Below, in pieces: positions 24,526-32,000 of a DNA stretch of 32,000 nt. The translations under genes were made by a program, and so were the position numbers. The number at the start of each line of letters is the position of its first letter. The stretch's first letter is position 1. Location of the stretch: NCBI GenBank assembly GCA_963677105.1, contig OY781871.1, forward strand, positions 1 through 32,000. The letters run 5' to 3'. This stretch comes from Candidatus Saccharimonadota bacterium. Lineage in GTDB: Bacteria > Patescibacteriota > Gracilibacteria > UBA4473. The notes below the pieces were generated by a model. It made no database searches. It saw only the letters and a list, made by a program, of their open reading frames with translations, and was not told where the DNA came from.

Positions 24526-26040
24526 CTATTTCGTCGCAGATTTTCCTAATAAATTTGCCTTTAAGGATTTCATCTTTTCTAAGAATCTAACTGGCGTATC
24601 AATAATTGAGTCTGACCCAGCCCAATCAATAGAAAATGCTCCAGCAAGAACACAAAGTTGATATCCCGACTCTTTATACCTCCTCATGTATTTTATTCCA
24701 GAATCAGCACTTGCGGCCGAAATACGACTTCCCGTGTTCACGTTTAACCAACGAAATCGAAATCCATTTCCTTGTGCAGTCGAAGGAATATATTTGTCAT
24801 TAGAATTAAATTTCACATAATCATTCCATCTTCCTCGTTTTTTTAGTAAATTCATACGATTTTTTACTCCTTCTTGTCCCCAATATTCAATGTCATCTGG
24901 GCGAACTCCCCAGTTAGCACATTCTTCTTTTACTTTTTCTGCGTGTTCAATTGATTTATCATAAAATTCTAGGATTTTTGTTTTTTCTGCTCCCAAATCA
25001 ACACTTCCTTCATCTTTTTCTTGTTTTTTTCTTTCTTCCTCTTTTTGTTTCTGCTCTTTTTTTTCTTCTTCAATTTTATTTTTTTCTGCTCCTTTTTTCT
25101 TCTTTTCTTCTTGTTTCAATTTCTTTTTTTCCTCTTCTGATGCTTTTTCTTTTAATTTTGCTTTTTCTCGTTCTTCGATCTCTTTTTTTCGATCAATACG
25201 TAATCGTTCTATATCTCGAAACTTTTTCAATTCCAACAAACTTGCCACAAAATCGGCAACTGTTTTACTTGTTTTTAATCGAGCAATTTCTTGTGAACGA
25301 TTTTTATCAAATACTTCTGATGCCAACATTTCTTGCGCATCAAGCAACAATGCTTTTCTTAATTTTCCCGGCCAATCTTTCAAATTTGCGCGTGTAATAC
25401 TTTTTAAAAAATCACGAGGAACTCGAAAATTAAATGTTGTCGTAAAGTTTGGAAACTCAGCAGGGGACATAGATCGTGTAAATGCCCAAAATCGTGGTGC
25501 TCCCATTTCTGTCTGGAATGTCTTAAATTGCTCAGCAAACTCACTGTCAAAAAGCATAAGAACTTTTGCAACAACCGAATCCTTCATTTCTTCTTTTCGT
25601 TGTATAAAACTTGTTATATTTTGTTCTTTTTTCCATGAATCAACAGAAGTTTTTATTTCTTCTAATTCTTTTAATTTCCAAGAACGATCACTTCCTTCGC
25701 TCGATACATTCAAAATTGATGTATCAATTAAATTACAAACAGTATTCCCATTTCCATCTGGGGCCTTTTTGCATATTTCGTTTCGAAGCGCTCCAGCTTT
25801 ATCGTAAAATGAATACTTTTTTTCTAATTTTTGTACCACCCCTGGATTCTCACCATCTTGTTCAAGCTGCTCCAGAGCATCTTTTCGTGCCCAATATTTA
25901 TCAAGCTCATTTAAATTTGAAAGACCATCAATAAACGATTCTATTCGTTTTATCGCTAATCGTTTTTTTTCATTACGCGTTTCAGCATCATTTTCCTGAT
26001 CTAATGAGAAATATTGATCCTGATGTTGTGATTCTATCAT
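24526..26040 (-). CDS. hypothetical cytoplasmic protein with a central Lys/Glu-rich low-complexity helix
   Basis: 504-aa ORF with no signal peptide or TM segment. Residues about 279-345 are almost only K/E/R/Q (KEIEEREKAKLKEKASEEEKKKLKQEEKKKK...). The flanking N- and C-terminal regions look globular. No family recognised. Confidence 0.75.
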   Translation of the reverse strand: MIESQHQDQYFSLDQENDAETRNEKKRLAIKRIESFIDGLSNLNELDKYWARKDALEQLEQDGENPGVVQKLEKKYSFYDKAGALRNEICKKAPDGNGNTVCNLIDTSILNVSSEGSDRSWKLKELEEIKTSVDSWKKEQNITSFIQRKEEMKDSVVAKVLMLFDSEFAEQFKTFQTEMGAPRFWAFTRSMSPAEFPNFTTTFNFRVPRDFLKSITRANLKDWPGKLRKALLLDAQEMLASEVFDKNRSQEIARLKTSKTVADFVASLLELKKFRDIERLRIDRKKEIEEREKAKLKEKASEEEKKKLKQEEKKKKGAEKNKIEEEKKEQKQKEEERKKQEKDEGSVDLGAEKTKILEFYDKSIEHAEKVKEECANWGVRPDDIEYWGQEGVKNRMNLLKKRGRWNDYVKFNSNDKYIPSTAQGNGFRFRWLNVNTGSRISAASADSGIKYMRRYKESGYQLCVLAGAFSIDWAGSDSIIDTPVRFLEKMKSLKANLLGKSATK

Positions 26041-26119
26041 TTTTTAAACTCTACTCAGTCGAAACTTTTTCGCAAAATTTTCCTACAAAAAAGAGCAACT
26101 TTTTTCCAAGTCACTCCTT

Positions 26120-26154
26120 ATTTGCAATTTACAGTTTGTAATTTGTACTTTGAC
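26120..26154. repeat. heptamer-periodic array, copy 3 (ATTTGCA ATTTACA GTTTGTA ATTTGTA CTTTGAC)
   Basis: Five tandem 7-nt units ending 4 nt from the groEL stop codon. Shares the 13-mer ATTTGTACTTTGA with copy 2. Confidence 0.6.
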
Positions 26155-26158
26155 AAAA

Positions 26159-27814
<1,656 letters not shown>

Positions 27815-28054
27815 TTATTTTTTTATGTAAAAGTCCCGAGAAAGGGGAGTGAAATCATGTTTCAATAAGAAAGCAATTATTTGTGCTTCCAAATGCATTT
27901 TGCTTTTTTGATCTTCTGGAATTCCTTTAATATGTTTATCTAATTCTGTTTTCCAATACTGAGGTTCTCCAGTAAATGTAATAGAGATTTGCCATTGTTG
28001 ATCTGGCATTGGACGTTTATCAATCATTGCTGCAATCGATGTATTTTTGGTCAT
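27815..28054 (-). CDS. small hypothetical protein encoded between groES and groEL
   Basis: 79-aa ORF. Its ATG directly follows the groES TAA (TAAATG) and its stop lies 12 nt before the groEL ATG, so it fills the whole gap. Mixed, protein-like composition with W, P and Q residues. No family recognised. Confidence 0.6.
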   Translation of the reverse strand: MTKNTSIAAMIDKRPMPDQQWQISITFTGEPQYWKTELDKHIKGIPEDQKSKMHLEAQIIAFLLKHDFTPLSRDFYIKK

Positions 28055-28345
28055 TTATTTCTCAATAGCTAAGAGCGAATCAATTCCGAGAACATATAAT
28101 TCTTTTCCATCAATTTTAATTTCTGTTGGTGCATATTCACGAAAAATAACAATATCACCTTCAGTTACATCCATTTCTGTACGTTTTCCTTCTACAATAC
28201 GTCCTGGACCAACCGCTATAACTTCTCCTTTTTTCGGTTTCTCCTTGCTGGCTGTATCTGGAATAACAATACCAGAAGCAGTAGTAGTTTCCGCTTCAAG
28301 AGGTTTTACGATAACGTTGTCGCTAAGTGGAACAAGTTTTACCAT
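28055..28345 (-). CDS. groS: co-chaperonin GroES (Cpn10)
   Basis: 96 aa. LVPLSDNVIVKPLEAETTTASGIVIPDTA and GEVIAVGPGR are typical of GroES. Confidence 0.97.
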   Translation of the reverse strand: MVKLVPLSDNVIVKPLEAETTTASGIVIPDTASKEKPKKGEVIAVGPGRIVEGKRTEMDVTEGDIVIFREYAPTEIKIDGKELYVLGIDSLLAIEK

Positions 28346-28381
28346 TTTTATAAGGGATTATTTTTTATTTACGAAAAGAAT

Positions 28382-28408
28382 TTAGCAGTCTCTTGTGTCG
28401 AGTGCAAA
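28382..28408. promoter_or_regulatory. CIRCE element (HrcA operator) upstream of groES
   Basis: TTAGCAGTC-N9-GAGTGCAAA compared with the consensus TTAGCACTC-N9-GAGTGCTAA (2 mismatches). It lies 37 nt upstream of the groES ATG. Confidence 0.8.
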
Positions 28409-28421
28409 TTTTTCTCTCACT

Positions 28422-29369
28422 TTAAATTATTCCGGTAATTTTCCCAATAAAAGCAATATACAACGTTAGTAAAGCAAGTCCTTCCCAACCACGTAATTGA
28501 TCATCATGAAGTGAAAATATAAACGCTAATGTTGCAACGCCAAGAAAGGGGAGTCCAATAATAAGCGCTGTTGAAGAAACGGTTAATGTTCCAAATAAAG
28601 CTGGTATTCCGGCTACAGCAAGAACATTAAATATATTTGATCCAAAAATGTTTCCAATTGCAATAGATGGTTTTCCTTTTTGTGCTGCTCGAACAGAAAC
28701 AATTAATTCTGGTAAGCTTGTCCCAATCGCAACTGCTAACATTGTCACTACAGCTGGAGTAATGTTTAAAATCTCTGCAACTTTAATTACAGAAGTAATG
28801 GTGTAATCTGCGGAAAAATAAATTCCCACGGCACTTGCAAACAAAATGAGCCATGTGTACCAATGAAGCTTTTTCGAAGAAACTGAGTCTTCATCACTTG
28901 ATTCTTTTACATGATCGCCCTTAATCGTATATGTAATGAAAAGAATAAGGAGACCTAATAAAACAATTCCTTCTAGGAATATGATATTTCCATCGTACGC
29001 AAATAAAAAGAATAATCCTGTCGCTATAAAGAGAAAGGGGAGATCTACATCAATAAGAAGTGATTTTATCTTCAAATTATGGCAAACAAAAGCGAGTACT
29101 CCGCAAATAAGCAATATATTGGCAATATTTGACCCAACAATATTATCCACAGCAAAAGTTGCCGTAGCGGAATTATTTTGAAGTGCCGTTATAATACCTG
29201 TAGCCAATTCTGGCATAGAGCTTCCAATAGAAATAATCGTCGCTCCAACGATAAATCCTGAAAGTCCAAATGCACGTCCAATATGTTCAGCAGAAAGCGT
29301 GAACCAATCAGAACATTTCACTAATGCAATAAGAGATACCATGAGAATTCCGAACCAAAGAAAGACCAT
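28422..29369 (-). CDS. Ca2+/Na+ (cation) antiporter, CaCA family (YrbG-like)
   Basis: 315 aa, about 10 TM segments. Two alpha-repeat motifs: GSSMPELATGIITAL and GTSLPELIVSVRAAQKGKPSIAIGNIFGSNIFN. Confidence 0.85.
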   Translation of the reverse strand: MVFLWFGILMVSLIALVKCSDWFTLSAEHIGRAFGLSGFIVGATIISIGSSMPELATGIITALQNNSATATFAVDNIVGSNIANILLICGVLAFVCHNLKIKSLLIDVDLPFLFIATGLFFLFAYDGNIIFLEGIVLLGLLILFITYTIKGDHVKESSDEDSVSSKKLHWYTWLILFASAVGIYFSADYTITSVIKVAEILNITPAVVTMLAVAIGTSLPELIVSVRAAQKGKPSIAIGNIFGSNIFNVLAVAGIPALFGTLTVSSTALIIGLPFLGVATLAFIFSLHDDQLRGWEGLALLTLYIAFIGKITGII

Positions 29370-29692
29370 ATTTTAAATAAAAATTATCAAAAAAAGTGTA
29401 CGTGTCTTGCTTCAATTTGTACAATGAGAAGTAATGAAATTCTTATGATAAATAATTCGAGAGGTATAAATATTCATTTTTTCAAAAAAAACGCCTTAAA
29501 TCGAATGTAATATTTTGTTTTTTCAAAAGATTTGTTTTAAAAGGGGGAAATAGATTTAAATATTTAATTGTTAACACAATGTATATTGTTTTAATATTTA
29601 ATAATGTATTCTTTATGTCTAAGTGTATTTTCTTCTTATTATTTAATAAAACAGAAACTATTTTATTTTTTATAAATTTATATAAATCTTTT

Positions 29693-29720
29693 TTTGACAT
29701 TTATAATTGAGGATTTACAA
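29693..29720 (+). promoter_or_regulatory. sigma-70-type promoter candidate (TTGACA-16-TACAAT) for the ntpD-like operon
   Basis: TTGACA at 29693-29698 and TACAAT at 29715-29720, 27 nt upstream of ATG 29748. Confidence 0.55.
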
Positions 29721-29747
29721 TTCGCACGAACTAATTGTATTTGTAAA

Positions 29748-30416
29748 ATGGCAGTAAAAAATGTGACGGCAACACGTATGACAATGTTAGGGCTTAAAAA
29801 ACAAGCTGTAAGTGCAAAACGTGGACATAAATTATTAAAAGACAAACAAGATGGACTTATGCAAGAATTCCTGACTATTGTTCGTCAAGCAAAAGCTTTG
29901 CGTGAAAAAGTAGAATCAGCTATTCGAGAGGCAAATGCTTCATTTTTGGAAGCACAGGCATTACTCCCGAAGAGTTATCTTGAAAACGCTCTTTCTGTTC
30001 CAATGCAAACACTTTCATTGGAAGTATCAACAAAAAACGTAATGTCCGTTCGAATTCCAGTATTTTCTCTAAAAACGAAAAAACAAGGAATTGGATATGG
30101 ATTCTTTCAAACTCGTGCAGAACTCGATATTGCTATTCAAAAATTTTCACATGTATTTGAAACATTAATTCAACTTGCTGAAATTGAAAAATCAGCGGAG
30201 AATCTTTCTGTTGAGATCGAGCAAACACGTCGTCGTGTAAATGCTCTGGAATATCGACTAATTCCCGACCTCGAGGATACATTAAAATTCATTCGAATGA
30301 AATTGGGGGAAGCGGAACGTTCTGTGATTGTTCAAACTATGGCAATTAAAGCTATGATTGAACGAAACGAAGCGCGTCAGCGTCGAGAAAAACTAGAAAA
30401 TCTAGCAAATAAATAA
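29748..30416 (+). CDS. ntpD: V/A-type ATP synthase subunit D
   Basis: MAVKNVTATRMTMLGLKKQAVSAKRGHKLLKDKQDGLMQEF and IEQTRRRVNALEYRLIPDLEDTLKFIRMKLGEAER closely match the conserved N- and C-terminal helices of NtpD/AtpD. Start set at ATG 29748; the track start at 29694 is a TTG. Confidence 0.85.
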   Translation: MAVKNVTATRMTMLGLKKQAVSAKRGHKLLKDKQDGLMQEFLTIVRQAKALREKVESAIREANASFLEAQALLPKSYLENALSVPMQTLSLEVSTKNVMSVRIPVFSLKTKKQGIGYGFFQTRAELDIAIQKFSHVFETLIQLAEIEKSAENLSVEIEQTRRRVNALEYRLIPDLEDTLKFIRMKLGEAERSVIVQTMAIKAMIERNEARQRREKLENLANK

Positions 30417-30424
30417 CTACTATA

Positions 30425-31582
30425 ATGAAAAAAATCATTTTCGGCTTCGGAATTCTTTTTATGATTACGGGTGTTGAAGCTGCAATTCCTAGTGTTGTAG
30501 ATTTTCCTTTTGAAAAAGAAATACAACTCCCCTCTCTTTCTTCTCGAAAAGAAGTTCAAGTACAATTAGATAAAGAAGTTTTACAAGCGGTAAATAAACG
30601 ATTCGGAAATTTTTCAATATTTGATAAACAAAATACTCCAATTGAATACAGCGTGTTTTTTCAAGATTTTCATCGGATAAAAAATATTGATGTTCTTCAA
30701 ACTTCTTCAATGAAGGGAGAATTTCCTAAAGAAACAATCGCTGATAATGATGTATTAACTACTTTTACATTTGATGAAAGAACTGATGGTAGAAATGATT
30801 CATGGGTCTTACTTGATCTTGGAAAAGAAACGCCGCTTACTCGATTAGAAGTATTCTTTTCTGATCGAGCAAATGTTCGTTCAATTGCTGTTGAAGGAGG
30901 TTCCACACAAGAAGAATTAAAAACACTTATTGCGAAACGCCCCATGCAACAACGTATCGAATTAAACACTGAACCAATTCGGTATATAAAAATTTCTTTT
31001 TGGGGAGTTCAAGTAAAAATAGATGATATTCGTGTTACAGCTGGACAAAGTGGTGCTGTGTACTTCTCTACTCTTCCTGGCAAAAAACTTCGTATGTTGT
31101 ACGGAGGAAATGAAGTTGATCGCATTACATATACAGAACGTATTTCTAGCGAAAAAAACTCATTACTAATGGCTTATACTGGAAAACAAAAATTTAATTC
31201 TCAATTCCCTTCTGACACAGATGGAGATCGTGTAGAAATCCAAGAAGACAATTGTCCATTTATTTCAAATTCATCTCAAAAAGATAATGATGGTGATCGT
31301 ATTGGAAATGAATGTGATAACGCACCAGACGTAATGAATTCTCGTCAAGAAGATATCGACAGAGATGGTGTTGGAGATATAATCGACAACTGTAAACTTG
31401 TTGCAAATCCATTTCAATTAGATCGAGATAATGATGGATGGGGAGATGAATGTGATAATGCTCACGCAAACGAATCTGGAATGCCTTCAAGTAGCTATAT
31501 TATTAAACTTGTAAGCGCTATTGTAGCATTTTTACTCCTTCTTACTGGATTGCGAATCACATACGTTAAAGCAAAGAAATAA
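30425..31582 (+). CDS. type-I membrane-anchored surface protein: signal peptide, discoidin (F5/8 type C)-like domain, thrombospondin type-3 Ca-binding repeats, C-terminal TM anchor
   Basis: Signal peptide MKKIIFGFGILFMITGVEA. The WVLLDLGKETPLTRLEVFF...IRYIKISFWG region is discoidin-like. TSP3-like repeats at about nt 31211-31462: DTDGDRVEIQEDNCP, DNDGDRIGNECDN, DIDRDGVGDIIDNC and DRDNDGWGDECDN. Anchor IIKLVSAIVAFLLLLTGL followed by a basic tail. Confidence 0.8.
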   Translation: MKKIIFGFGILFMITGVEAAIPSVVDFPFEKEIQLPSLSSRKEVQVQLDKEVLQAVNKRFGNFSIFDKQNTPIEYSVFFQDFHRIKNIDVLQTSSMKGEFPKETIADNDVLTTFTFDERTDGRNDSWVLLDLGKETPLTRLEVFFSDRANVRSIAVEGGSTQEELKTLIAKRPMQQRIELNTEPIRYIKISFWGVQVKIDDIRVTAGQSGAVYFSTLPGKKLRMLYGGNEVDRITYTERISSEKNSLLMAYTGKQKFNSQFPSDTDGDRVEIQEDNCPFISNSSQKDNDGDRIGNECDNAPDVMNSRQEDIDRDGVGDIIDNCKLVANPFQLDRDNDGWGDECDNAHANESGMPSSSYIIKLVSAIVAFLLLLTGLRITYVKAKK

Positions 31583-31613
31583 ACAACTTGCTTCTATTGG
31601 CAAGTAATAAAGA

Positions 31614-31642
31614 TTGAATATCACGCCTGTTTAAGGTATAAT
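31614..31642 (+). promoter_or_regulatory. sigma-70-type promoter candidate for clpP (TTGAAT-17-TATAAT)
   Basis: TTGAAT at 31614-31619 and TATAAT at 31637-31642, 31 nt upstream of the clpP ATG. Confidence 0.6.
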
Positions 31643-31673
31643 TCCGTAAGTTTTTTATAAAATACAAACAAAA

Positions 31674-32000
31674 ATGAGTTACCTCGTTCCAACAGTTATC
31701 GAAAAGTCATCGGAAGGTGAACGCGCATTTGATATTTATTCTCGTTTACTCAAAGATCGTATTATCTTTATTGGAACACAAATTGATGACACAATTGCGA
31801 ATCTCGTAATTGCTCAATTGTTATTTCTTGAATCAGAAGATCCGAATAAAGATATTACCATTTACGTAAACTCTCCAGGTGGATCTGTCTCAGCAGGATT
31901 AGCAATCATCGACACTATGAATTTTGTAAAACCAGATGTTTCAACTATGTGTACTGGAATGGCAGCTTCTATGGGAGCAATGATTCTTATGAGTGGAGCA
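31674..32000 (+). CDS. clpP: ATP-dependent Clp protease proteolytic subunit (5' part, truncated by the window end)
   Basis: My own translation from ATG 31674: [82 protein letters not shown]...GMAASMGA. This includes the catalytic Ser region. It is absent from the ORF track because no stop codon falls inside the window. Confidence 0.95.
   Translation, partial: MSYLVPTVIEKSSEGERAFDIYSRLLKDRIIFIGTQIDDTIANLVIAQLLFLESEDPNKDITIYVNSPGGSVSAGLAIIDTMNFVKPDVSTMCTGMAASMGAMILMSGA

Noticed and set aside
25006-25206. Polypyrimidine/polypurine low-complexity tract considered as a non-coding repeat or CRISPR-like array.
   Set aside because: It lies in frame within a long uninterrupted ORF and encodes a K/E-rich helix. 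It has no regular repeat-spacer structure.
29370-29692. The very AT-rich ~320-nt non-coding spacer considered as a replication origin. It contains a TTGTACAA palindrome at 29417-29424, ATTGT-N4-ACAAT at 29566-29579, and AATATTTAAT repeated at 29558 and 29592.
   Set aside because: The only perfect DnaA box (TTATCCACA, 29143-29151) lies inside the antiporter coding sequence. I see no box cluster in the spacer and no dnaA or dnaN nearby. Short repeats of this kind are expected by chance in such AT-rich DNA.
29482-29700. 72-aa ORF on the minus strand in the long AT-rich spacer upstream of ntpD.
   Set aside because: The composition is Lys/Asn/Ile/Leu-rich, as expected from translating very AT-rich DNA. 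It overlaps the ntpD promoter candidate and has no recognisable start context or homology features.

Overview
AT-rich, tightly packed bacterial chromosome segment that uses the standard genetic code (TGA is a stop, for example in the ATGA overlaps at 3204-3207 and 18505-18508). I support 33 protein genes, 3 tRNAs that all encode CCA, a CIRCE operator, and several intrinsic terminators and promoters. I see no transposase, integrase, CRISPR array or rRNA. Housekeeping genes are rpsB, tsf, mutL, idi, rsmI, an rlmD-like gene, rsmG, argH, groES/groEL and clpP (cut by the window end). These are interleaved with envelope genes: a cell-wall operon (alpha/beta hydrolase, membrane-anchored MurF-like ligase, Nudix, DegT aminotransferase, FemAB transferase), a Wzx/MurJ-type flippase, an ~800-aa SLH surface protein and a discoidin/TSP3 membrane protein. 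The operon mixtures, the near absence of Shine-Dalgarno sequences and the TM-extended MurF suggest a small-genome uncultivated bacterium (CPR/Patescibacteria-like). That placement is inference only.

Most interesting observations:
1. Two paralogous ECF sigma / membrane anti-sigma / small secreted helical protein modules, tied to four intergenic TGWCAC-N16-CGTW promoters. One of these promoters drives the SLH protein gene.
2. A 79-codon ORF that exactly fills the groES-groEL gap, with the groES leader duplicated in front of groEL.
3. Dispersed 5-unit heptamer arrays (NTTTGNA) at three intergenic sites.
4. C-run leaders in place of SD sequences, with one orphan gene carrying the only canonical SD.
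5. A V-type ATPase D subunit gene detached from any ATPase operon and coupled to a surface protein gene.

All family calls rest on motif recognition by eye. No searches or folding programs were run.
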